Below are positions 24,078 to 33,526 of a stretch of DNA of 64,000 bases, in pieces (the stretch's first letter is position 1; the number at the start of each line of letters is the position of its first letter). Source of the stretch: Rebecca billardiae RCC1528 (taxonomy: Eukaryota; Protista; Haptophyta); NCBI GenBank assembly GCA_965240325.2, contig OZ251235.1, positions 620,001 through 684,000 on the forward strand, read 5' to 3'. The notes beneath the pieces are model-generated. The model was not told the DNA's origin, searched no databases, and saw nothing but the letters and a program-made list of their open reading frames with translations. The translations under genes and the position numbers were made by a program.

Positions 24078-26702
24078 TCAGAGCTCGGCGAGGCGCGCGC
24101 TCACGCTCGCCCACGTGCGCTCCAGGTTGGCCGCGACCGCGTCGTCGAGCGTGCGCCGCTCATTGTCGCCGAGCGACTCGATGGCGGCGCCGAGCTCGTC
24201 GACACTCGAGGAGGACGAGCCGCCCGCGCCAGCGTCCGCGCTGCGCGCGCCCGGCTGCGCGCGGCCAGCGGCGATGTCGAGCGCGCCGCGCGCCGCGTCG
24301 GCGAGGGACTCCTGCCCCGTGCCGCGCGCGAGCGCGCGCGCGCCGTCGAGCAGCAGCCGTGGCAGCGCGAGCACGTCGCTCGAGAAGGCGTCGCCGTTCA
24401 CGACCGCGGCCGCGTCCGGCCCCAGCAGCTCGGCCGCGAGGTCAGCCAGTGAAAGCAGGTACAGCTCCTCCTGCTGCGAGAGCTTGGGCGCCGCGGCCTC
24501 GAGCAGCTCGCGCGGCGTGAGCAGCGTGGGCAGCGCGCTCGGCAGCGTCAGCGCCGGCGCGGCCGGCGCGGCCTGGCGCGCACCGTCGGCGGCGGCGGCC
24601 GCGTGCGCGGGCTGGGCGTGCGCGCGCGCCGTCGCGCCGGGCAGCGTGGCGGGCGGCGGCACGAAAGGCACCGGCACGTCCAGCGGCGACGGGAGGAGGC
24701 CGCCGCCGAGCAGGCCGAACGAGAGCGAGCTGGCCGCACCGTCGAGCGCGGCGAGCGCGCGGCGCACCGTCTGGCGCACCACCAGATCCGTCGCCACCGC
24801 CGCCTCCTCCTGCAGCAGCGCGCGCAGCGAGGAGGCCTCGTCCGAGAGCACGTACCGTAGGGCCGTGGCCGTGTCGACCGCGCCCTGCGGCACGCGGTCG
24901 AGGTCGACCGCGCCCGCATCGCGCTCGACGACGCCGAGCGCGGAGTTGAGGAGCGCGGCGATGCGGTTGCCCTTGAGCCCGCCGCCGCTGCCGCCGCCCG
25001 AGCCGTACAGCGCCTCGGTCAGCGCGCGCTGCGTCTCCGGCCGACCGTCCGCGAGCAGCCGGCGCGCGATGAAGGGGTACGCTTCGAGCACCAGGGAGTA
25101 GTCCGGGTTGCCGGTGAGCGCGATGCCCTCGAGGGTGACGATGGCGCGCGCGAGCAGCGCAAAGTAGGGCGGGATGGTGAACGGCACCTCGTTGAGCACG
25201 GTGAGCATGTCCTGCGTCATCGCCTGGAACCCGCCCGCGCGCTCGAGCACCGCGTCGCCGTACTTCCTGGCGCCCCCGCCCTGGATGTACGGCGTGAGCG
25301 CGCGGTCCATCAGCGGGACGACCACTGGGCGGTTGGTGTCGGCGGGGAGGATCTCGAGGGTGATGAAGTCGTCGACGAGCGAGGTGTAGTCCTTGTTCGC
25401 CAGGTGGATCAGCGCGGAGATCATCGTGTCGCGGTCCTCCTGCCGCACGCGCGCCACCAGCCCAAAGTCGAGCAGCACCAGCCGCTTGCCGTCCGCGCGC
25501 GGCGGCCCGTTGAGCCGCATCAGGTTGCCCGGGTGCGGGTCGGCGTGGAAGATGCCGAGGCGGAGGAGCTGCACGAGGAAGGCCTCCTGCCCGATGGCGA
25601 TCAGCTCGCGCACCTCCTCCGCCGGCAGGTCCGACAGCTTCGTCCCGTCCACCCACTCCGACACCAGCACGCGGCGCGTGGACAGCTCGGGCAGGACCTC
25701 GGGCACAAGCACGCCCTCCACGCCCGCCTCCTCGAGCGCCGCGCGCAGCTGCATCTGGTTGGCGCCCTCGTTGGTGAAGTCGAGCTCGGTGTAGAAGCCG
25801 ATGGACCACTCGTTCAGCAGCGCCACGTAGTCCGTGCGCTGCTGCGGCGCGAGCCGCTCCATCAGGTTCTGGTACACCTCCGCCGCGCGGCGCAGCACGT
25901 ACAGGTCCTTGGAGACGCGCTCGAGCACGCCCGGCCGTTGCACCTTCACCGCGACCTCGCGCCCGCTGGAGGCGAGGGTGGCGCGGTAGACCTGCGCGAG
26001 GGAGGCGGCGGCGACGGGCTCGGCCGAGATGCTCGAGAACACCTCGCACACCGGCCGGCCCAGCTCCGCCTCGATCACCGCCATCGCCTCCGCCGAGTCG
26101 AAGCGCGGCACCGAGTCCTGCAGGATCGCGAGCTCGTCGAGCGCCGGCTGCGGCAGCACGTCCGGCCGGACGGACATCATCTGGCCGAGCTTGATGTACG
26201 TCGGCCCGAGCTGCTCCATGTTCTCGCGCGCCGCGCGCGCGAGCGGGCCCGCCTCGCGCTCGAGCGCCTCCACGCCGCCGGAGAGCGTGAGCGAGGCGAC
26301 GCGCGTGAGGAACGGCACGGCGACGCCCACAAACTCCGACCAGCGCGACTGCAGCGCCGAGCCCTGCCCGCGCCAGTACTTCTCGATCAGCGCGGCGTCG
26401 TAGACCTCGGGAAGGCCGGTCTCGTCCACGGTGTTCGCCCCCGTCGAGTCGAGCGAGACGTACGTCTTCGCCGCGTCCGGCGCGCGCACGCGGTCGCCCG
26501 CCGTCACCTCGGCCGCCGCGATCGCCGCGTTGGCCGCCGCCTCGATGGCGCGCTCCTGCAGCGTGTCGGCCATCACGATGGTCGGCGACGCGGCGCGCGC
26601 CACGCGCGCGCGCGCCACGCGCGCCGCGCCCGGCCTGCGCAGCGCCGCGCAGCCGGCGAGCGCGAGCGCGAGGAGGACGGTCCTGAATGTGCGAGGCGTC
26701 AT
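24078..26702 (-). CDS. ABC1/UbiB atypical kinase (plastid ABC1K family)
   Basis: LGPTYIKLGQMMSVRPD, PVAAASLAQVYRA, VAVKVQRP, ELDFTNEG, FHADPHPGN, LLDFGLV and PFTIPPYFALLARAIVTLEG. Bipartite presequence from ATG 26702. Confidence 0.93.
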   Translation of the reverse strand: MTPRTFRTVLLALALAGCAALRRPGAARVARARVARAASPTIVMADTLQERAIEAAANAAIAAAEVTAGDRVRAPDAAKTYVSLDSTGANTVDETGLPEVYDAALIEKYWRGQGSALQSRWSEFVGVAVPFLTRVASLTLSGGVEALEREAGPLARAARENMEQLGPTYIKLGQMMSVRPDVLPQPALDELAILQDSVPRFDSAEAMAVIEAELGRPVCEVFSSISAEPVAAASLAQVYRATLASSGREVAVKVQRPGVLERVSKDLYVLRRAAEVYQNLMERLAPQQRTDYVALLNEWSIGFYTELDFTNEGANQMQLRAALEEAGVEGVLVPEVLPELSTRRVLVSEWVDGTKLSDLPAEEVRELIAIGQEAFLVQLLRLGIFHADPHPGNLMRLNGPPRADGKRLVLLDFGLVARVRQEDRDTMISALIHLANKDYTSLVDDFITLEILPADTNRPVVVPLMDRALTPYIQGGGARKYGDAVLERAGGFQAMTQDMLTVLNEVPFTIPPYFALLARAIVTLEGIALTGNPDYSLVLEAYPFIARRLLADGRPETQRALTEALYGSGGGSGGGLKGNRIAALLNSALGVVERDAGAVDLDRVPQGAVDTATALRYVLSDEASSLRALLQEEAAVATDLVVRQTVRRALAALDGAASSLSFGLLGGGLLPSPLDVPVPFVPPPATLPGATARAHAQPAHAAAAADGARQAAPAAPALTLPSALPTLLTPRELLEAAAPKLSQQEELYLLSLADLAAELLGPDAAAVVNGDAFSSDVLALPRLLLDGARALARGTGQESLADAARGALDIAAGRAQPGARSADAGAGGSSSSSVDELGAAIESLGDNERRTLDDAVAANLERTWASVSARLAEL

Positions 26703-26936
26703 CGGCACGACTTCTTGGGATGCGGCCGCTTGCAGCTTCGAGAACCTGCACGCCTTTTTGGCGCGCTCACAGGCCCAGCACGTGTGCAGGCGTGGTCCGG
26801 TGGACGCGCTTCTCGAGGTGCAGGCGTCAGGACTGGGTGAAAAGATGCAGCGGCATCTTTCTCCGGTGAGACCGATGCCAGCACTCCTGGAGCGCTTGCT
26901 CCACTGCCGTCCCGCATCTACGGAAGGACGGCCGGC

Positions 26937-28594
26937 ATGGCGAATCGCCGGTGCGCCCGTTCGCTCCTCGCGCTGCTGGTGTGCGCCGCGCGGGGCAGCG
27001 GCCTCGCGCACGGCGCGCAGCCGCAGCGCCCACTGCAGGGCCGCCAGACCGCCTCGCGCCTCGTCGGCGCCGACAAGCCCACCGTCTGGGGCGAGTTTGG
27101 CGTGCTCGCGCGCGAGACGGGCGCGGTCAACCTCGGCCAGGGCTACCCGGACTGGGAGCCGCCAGAGTTCGTGATGCAGGCGGCGCGCGACGCGCTGGGC
27201 GACGGGATCCACCAGTACACGCGCTCTGCCGGCCACCCGCCGCTCGTCGACGTGCTCGCCGAGCGTTACACCCACCACTTTGGCCGGCCAGTCTGCCCGG
27301 ACACCGAGATCGCCGTCACGGTCGGCGCGTCGCAGGGGCTCTTCCTCACGCTGCAGGCGCTCGTCGACCCGGGGGACGAAGTGCTGCTGATCGAGCCCGC
27401 GTTCGACCTCTACTACGGCCAGATCCGCGTCGCCGGCGGCACCGCCGTCGGCGTGCCGATGACGCTCGACGACGGCGGCGAGGACGGCGGCGCCGCGCGC
27501 GAGTGGCACCTCGACCTGGCGGCGCTCGAGGCGGCGATCACGCCGGCGTCGCGCGTGCTCGTGCTCAACTCGCCGCACAACCCGACGGGCAAGGTCTTCT
27601 CCCGCGCCGAGATGGAGGCCGTCGCCGCGCTCGTCGCGCGCCACCCGCGGCTGATCGTGATCTCTGACGAGGTGTACAAGTACACCGTGCACGGCGAGGG
27701 GCACACGCATGTGCACTTCAGCGCGCTGCCCGGCATGGCGGAGCGCACGGTGACGGTCTCGAGCGCGGGTGCGTGCGTGCGCGCGCGCGCGGCGCGGGCG
27801 GCCGTGCGCGCCACCGCGCGCGCGCGCGCGGCGCGGCTCACGCACCCCTGCGCGCGCGCCCGCTCGCGCGCGCCCCAGGCAAGACCTTCTCCGTCACAGG
27901 CTGGCAGGTGGGCTGGTGCGTCGGCCCGGCCGAGCTGATCCGGCCGATCCAGCTGTACCTGCCGTACACGCAGTTCTGCGTGGCCTCGCCCATGCAGGCC
28001 GCACTCGCGCGCGCGCTGCGAAAGGCGGACGAGCGCGTGTGGACGCCGCTGCCGCCGCCGAGCGTGCGCGCCGAGCGCGCGTACGCCGCCGGCACCGAGC
28101 TGGTCGACTACTACGCCTACTTGCGCTCGGTGTACGCGCAGAAGCGCGAGCGGCTCGCGGCGGCACTGCGCGCCGCGGGCATCGCGCCGCTCGCGTGCGA
28201 GGGCGGCGTCTTCATGATGGCGGACACCTCCGCCCTCAGCGTGCCTGAGGCATACTTGCGCGAGTCGACGCCGGCCGCGCCGACGATGACGCGCGACTGG
28301 GCGCTCTGCCGCTACCTGGCGATCGAGCACGGCGTGCTGATGATCCCGGCGAGCCCGTTCTTCGCGTCGAGCGCGCAGCAGGCGCGCGGCGCGCCCAACC
28401 CGGGCGAGAGCCTAGCGCGCGTCGCTTTCTGCAAGTCCGACGAGACGCTGGCGGCCGCCGCAGAGCGGCTGGCGGCGGTGGGCGCGGCGGCGGGTGTGAG
28501 CGGGTCCTCGCTGCACGCCGACGGGCGCGCCGCCGAGCGCGCGGCGCGCACGCTGCAGGCCGAGGCCTTGGCAGCCGCCGCGCAGCAGCAATGA
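26937..28594 (+). CDS. Class I PLP aminotransferase (kynurenine/glutamine transaminase K-like); intron 27769-27878
   Basis: VNLGQGYPD, QYTRSAGHPPL, LNSPHNPTGKVF, ISDEVY. Splicing restores SAGKTFSVTGW, which holds the PLP lysine. RVAFCKSDETL. Confidence 0.92.
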
Positions 28595-29705
28595 GGGGCG
28601 CGTGCTCGAGCAAGCCCGGCGAGCGCGGAGACGTGCGCATCGAACCCGCCCGCCGATTGCTGCTGTTGAGCTGCTGCTGCCAGCAGAGCAGTGCGTCACG
28701 CGGCGCAGGCATACCGCCGACAATCGACATTCACATTCTGATGACAATCATATTATTGTTGTCTTCATGCATGATTCACATGATGTAGTGCACTCCGTCG
28801 TTGTACATCATCACTAGCGCTCCGGAGTCCGGACGATACATGCTTCAGCTTGGCAGCTAGTTTATTAAACTACTAGTTAATAAGTTATAGTAGAATTTCC
28901 CAGACTCGGTTTGTCTAATATATACTGACGAGCAGCTTCGGACGGAGTCGGTAAATCGGACGAGGGACGGAGGTCTGAGAGAGTTCAAAGCAGTAGCCCG
29001 CCCGCCCGGACTCACAGGGTCCCTTGTTCTTGCTGATCGGGCCGCCGGCCAGGCACGGATGCAAATGGCTTGACTACGATTTCAGTCAAGCAAATTAATA
29101 GTCGGCCGCGCAGCAGAGTCTGACCGTCGTGCAGCCTGACATGCATCAATGCCATCGCGTCAGGCTGTCGTCGGAACTCGTCGCTGCGGTGTCATGTATG
29201 ATGTGTCATGACACATCACACACGCGCAGTCCCCGCTGACAATAGTGACAATTGACATGCTGGATAGGCCAATGCCAGGTGGCAATGGCCAGAGGCATAC
29301 GCAGCCGTGTCGCGGGCCAACTACTCACTCTAGAGACGCCTCGAGACAGACCACCGAGCGTGGGGAGGACGCAAAGCTCGCATGCGAACGCTGCCCATCG
29401 GGCGCACCAGGGGCTAGAGCGCATCTCGGCCTCTGGGTGCAGCCTCTCATCCGGCGCGTTGGCCGTGCAAGCTGAGTCACGTCGCTGGCGTCGCACGGCG
29501 CCCGCGCTGAGCAACGCGGTTGGAATGAGGTGACGAGCGGCGGCAGAGGGCGGCAGTACATGTGATCTTGCTCGGCGCACCACGCGCCGCGCGCGCGGGG
29601 ACATCAGCGTGGCCTACGTCGCGTTCTCGCCCGGCGGTGCGACGTGGGAAGAGCGACCCGGACTCATCCTCGCGAGCCTCGGTGATGATGTGAAATCGCT
29701 TCATA

Positions 29706-30377
29706 ATGGTCAGCCTGACGATGAACAAGCTGGCCGGCATGGTCGACGTGGTGAGCCACAAGTGTGATCACACTGGCTGCACCAAGTGGCCTTCGTTCGG
29801 CATGCCGGGCGACGCGCGCGCCAGCCGGTGCCCTGCGCACAAGCTGGCCGGCATGCTCGACGTGAAGCACCGCAAGTGTGAGCACGCCGGCTGCACCACG
29901 CGGCCTTCATTCGGCATGTCGGGCGACGCGCGCGCCAGACGGTGCGCTGCGCACAAGCTGGCCAGCATGGTCGACATGGTGAGCCGCAAGTGTGAGCACG
30001 CCGGCTGCACCAAGTGGCCTTCGTTCGGCATGCCGGGCGACGCGCGCGCCAGACGGTGCGCTGCGCACAAGCTGGCCGGCATGGTACTCAGTCGGCTCGT
30101 CGTCCCCAAGCGCAGTCTGGAGCATGGCACCGGCGACCAGGGCACGCGCGCAGCGACGCGCCGGTACAAACCCACCAGCCGCATTGCCACCGTCTCGGAC
30201 ACCGCCCCGCAGCCGCCCCAACCGCTGCCGCTGGTCAGAAGACTCGAGAGAGGCAACGGGGCGGATTGCCGAATGCCGCCACGCGGTGACGCGGTTGACG
30301 ACGACGACATACAGCAGCGGCATACATTGATGACGAATCATACGATGATGATGAATCTGACCATTGGACAGCCTTGA
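29706..30377 (+). CDS. EsV-1-7-type cysteine-rich repeat protein (possibly a fragment)
   Basis: Three 38-aa repeats CxHxGCxxxPSFGxxGxxxxxxCxxHKxxxMxDV. The tail after the repeats looks non-coding. Confidence 0.7.
   Translation: MVSLTMNKLAGMVDVVSHKCDHTGCTKWPSFGMPGDARASRCPAHKLAGMLDVKHRKCEHAGCTTRPSFGMSGDARARRCAAHKLASMVDMVSRKCEHAGCTKWPSFGMPGDARARRCAAHKLAGMVLSRLVVPKRSLEHGTGDQGTRAATRRYKPTSRIATVSDTAPQPPQPLPLVRRLERGNGADCRMPPRGDAVDDDDIQQRHTLMTNHTMMMNLTIGQP
29724..30085 (+). repeat. 114-bp coding tandem repeat, ~3.2 copies
   Basis: (a/c)acaagctggcc anchors at 29724, 29838, 29952 and 30066. Confidence 0.9.
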
Positions 30378-30600
30378 TGGCATCCGATCTGTCATCGTCG
30401 TCTGATGATATCGACGATGACGATTAATTCCGCGACGATCGCGGCATCATCATCATCTGACGATGATGATATGCGCATATGCATCACTACTTCTTCACTA
30501 CTTCTTGCGCGCACTCAAGAGTCAAGTGAGCAAGAACCGTAAGAAGTAGTGATGCGCATATATATATATATGCGGTTACCGACTTACCGTACCGTTACGA

Positions 30601-32184
30601 CTACCGTAACCTCCTGCTGGCCTCCGTCTCTGCCTCCGGGACCTCTTCCATCGGCGGCACAGCGGCTGCCACGCCAGAGGGCAATGCGCTGGCAGCAGCG
30701 CCCTCAGCAGCGCCAGAATCTCGTCCTGCGAACACGCGCCCCAGTGGCAGCGCACAACTGCCCGCTTGGGCAGTGCTCGGCCTGTCTGAGTCGGAGCCAG
30801 CGGCGCCGCCGACGCTTCGTGGCTGTGCGGCTCGGCTCGTGGCCGCAGCGGCGGGCGTGAGCTCGACGCGGAGGCTGCCTGACGAGGCGTCTCGTGCGAG
30901 TTCGGTGTACGTCGCTGCGTGCGCACGCCGCGTGTGTCGTGCCGCATGCAGCTGCGCGCGCACGCCACCGACCGCGCGGTTCCGGTGCGCGCCGCTGGCG
31001 CCGTCATCCGGCTTGGCCCATCCGGCGCCGCTGTCGGCCTGTGCGGCGCCTGCCTCGAGCTCCTTCTCGGGGTCCGGGCCGTCTGTGCGCGGGTCGTGCG
31101 CCGGGAGCAGCCCCCCCGCGTCGTGCGCGGCCTGGTCGGCCCGCGGCGCCCCGCGCTTCTCGCGCCGCGCCTTGGCCGCCACCACGCACAGCATCGAGCA
31201 GACGATGAGCGACGCACCTGCCACGGAGGTGCGCATGATGTGGTGCTCCGAGGCGGAGGGCGCGAGCGTGGCCTGCCACGTGAAGGCGAAGAGCACCTCG
31301 GTGGAGCGGAAGAGCGTCGCGGTCGCCGTCTTCTCGCGCTGCAGCCCGTACGTGAGGCACACCTGCGACCAGAAGCCGAGCACCCCGATTGTGCCCAGCA
31401 TCAGCCACTGGCGCGGCGTGGGCAGCACCCACTGCTCGCCCGTGACGAGCCCGCCCAGCGGCGCGGCGAGGGCTTGGCCGATGCCCTGGTACAGGACGAC
31501 GGTGGGCAGCGGCGTCTTGATCACCGTGCCCAGATATCGCACCACAACGAACACGCCCGCCGCGGACAGCGCCCCGGAGAGCGAGCACGCGACACCAAGC
31601 GCGCGCGTCGGGTCCAGAGCGGCCGTGCCATCACCCAGCGCCGCGCCGCCGCTCGGCTCGTCGACGGCGCCCGCGCCGAGGAGCGCGACGACGGGCGCGG
31701 GCCTGAGGACAAGCGCCACCCCGCACAGCGCGCCGAACGCGCTGAGCGCCTCGAGCGGGTGCCACGGCTCCTTGAGGAAGACAACCGCCAGGATGGACGC
31801 CCACACGGGCGCCGTCTGCGAGAGGGTGGCCGCGTCGCCCAGCGGGAGCAGCGCGATGGCGGAGAAGCCGCCGCTGATGCCGAGGAAGCCCAGAAAGGAG
31901 CGAAGGCACAGGATCCGCCTCTGCAACGCCGTGACCCCGAGCCAGTCGCGCGGCGAAGTGCCCTTCGCCCAAAACATCAGCACGCAACCAGCCGTCTGCA
32001 TCCAGCCGCGCAGCTCGATCACCTGAAACGGACGGATGCCCGAGTCGTGCGTGAGCGTCTTCACGAGCAGCGCCTGCGAGGAGAAGCCAAGCGTTGCGAG
32101 CACGATGGCGCCCAACGGTCGCACCCGCCTCGCGGTAGTGCTCATGCCGGGAGGCGATGCAGAAGCGGCGGCGGATGCTGCCAT
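30601..32184 (-). CDS. EamA/DMT transporter (SLC35G-like)
   Basis: About 10 TM helices. LPLGDAATLSQTAPVWASILAVVFLKEP, SQVCLTYGLQREK, EVLFAFTWQ and GASLIV. Confidence 0.88.
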   Translation of the reverse strand: MAASAAASASPPGMSTTARRVRPLGAIVLATLGFSSQALLVKTLTHDSGIRPFQVIELRGWMQTAGCVLMFWAKGTSPRDWLGVTALQRRILCLRSFLGFLGISGGFSAIALLPLGDAATLSQTAPVWASILAVVFLKEPWHPLEALSAFGALCGVALVLRPAPVVALLGAGAVDEPSGGAALGDGTAALDPTRALGVACSLSGALSAAGVFVVVRYLGTVIKTPLPTVVLYQGIGQALAAPLGGLVTGEQWVLPTPRQWLMLGTIGVLGFWSQVCLTYGLQREKTATATLFRSTEVLFAFTWQATLAPSASEHHIMRTSVAGASLIVCSMLCVVAAKARREKRGAPRADQAAHDAGGLLPAHDPRTDGPDPEKELEAGAAQADSGAGWAKPDDGASGAHRNRAVGGVRAQLHAARHTRRAHAATYTELARDASSGSLRVELTPAAAATSRAAQPRSVGGAAGSDSDRPSTAQAGSCALPLGRVFAGRDSGAAEGAAASALPSGVAAAVPPMEEVPEAETEASRRLR

Positions 32185-32475
32185 GAACACGCAGCGCGAA
32201 TCTTCCGATAATCCATCACCGTTGCATCAGGAAAGTACTTACGACCTTGCTGTACCGGAAAGCGCCGGCCCCCGGTCCCGGAGGACGACGAACGGACAAG
32301 TGAGTGATGAAGACCGTCGTGCGTCACAGTACTTAGCCGCCAGTACTGCAGTTACACCGTACGTACGCGCCGGTATATGCCACGTGCGGTCGGCCGCGCA
32401 CTGGCTCGCGGTGTCAGCGGGCGCACTCCGCGAGGCGGCAGCCCGACGGGCCCTGCGTCAGCTGGCTCATCCAGC

Positions 32476-33341
32476 TCATTGTGTGAGATTGTATACCGAT
32501 TTGCCGTCCCAGCCACGGGCGCACACCGCCAACACGGGCGGGTTCACGAACGAGCTGAGCTGATTGGCAGGCACAAGTGCGGTCGCGTTGTAACTCTTGC
32601 TGGGGAAGGGGGGGCAGGTGCCTGGCGGCGCGCAGAGGCACAGGGCGGGCGGGATGCGGTGCATAAAGTGACGATGCGCGCGAGCGCGCGCAGATCACGC
32701 GGCGGCGCGAGGGACGTCGCCTGGGCACGCTGCCGCGCTCTCTCTCGCGCGCCGTGGGTCGCACCTGTGATCTGATGCCACGTTGAGAAGACCCAGTCAG
32801 CCTTGTTCCACGCGTTGAACATGTTGCCCGAGCAGCTCCGTGGCGGCGCGGCGGAGCCGGCAGGGGCTTCGTCCCACAGCTCGCAGTTGAGCTCGTCCCA
32901 CGGGATCCCCGTGTTGGCCGACAGCGTGCTGCACGCCAACTCGACCTGGGTGAAGATGTGGATGCTGTTGTCCTCGCGGTTCGCGATGCACAACTCGTTG
33001 CGGGCAGCTGATGCGGGCGCTGATGACGGCGCGCGGCCGCCGTCAAGGGGGCTGCCGCCCAAGCGTGTCGAGCTGTGCTTGTCGCCGCCGCCGGTTGGGA
33101 TGAGCAAGCCCACAACGAGACCAAGGACGAAGAGCTGCGTGGGCGTCGTCGACGGCACGGCGCACCAGCGCGCGCGTCAGCTGCTCCTCCGCCGCGCGCG
33201 CGTGCGGAGCGTGGGCACGCGCACCAGGAGTAGAGACGCGATGAAACCGATGCGCGATGCCCTGAACGCCTCCTTGCAGTGGCTGGACATGGCGCCGATG
33301 CCTCGTCGCGCCTCGGACGGCGGTGGCTCTTGCTCCATCAT
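32476..33341 (-). CDS. Type II membrane protein with X8/CBM43-like Cys domain; 3 exons (introns 33135-33224, 32622-32764)
   Basis: In-frame GT/AG joins give a TM segment (FIASLLL|LFVLGLVVGLLI) followed by LCIAN...VELACS...NC...SC...KADWVFSTWHQITGTC...ATALV. The start may instead be 33290. Confidence 0.6.
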
Positions 33342-33526
33342 TCTTGCCAGCTGGGCGACCAACGTTCGCGAGAGCGAATGACCGATTTTCGTTCGACGAT
33401 CTTTTTTTTCTCGCGCGCTTCGTCACGCCGATCGGAGATCAGCAATTTCGGGTTGTCGGCGGCGCGCGGCGCGGCTCCAATCCGACAACGCGCAACACCG
33501 AGCGAGCCAACCCTCGGCACGCGTGG

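Noticed and set aside
26703-27845. N-terminal extension of the ABC1K ORF (1255 aa)
   Set aside because: Overlaps the aminotransferase on the other strand. The true start with a signal peptide is at 26702.
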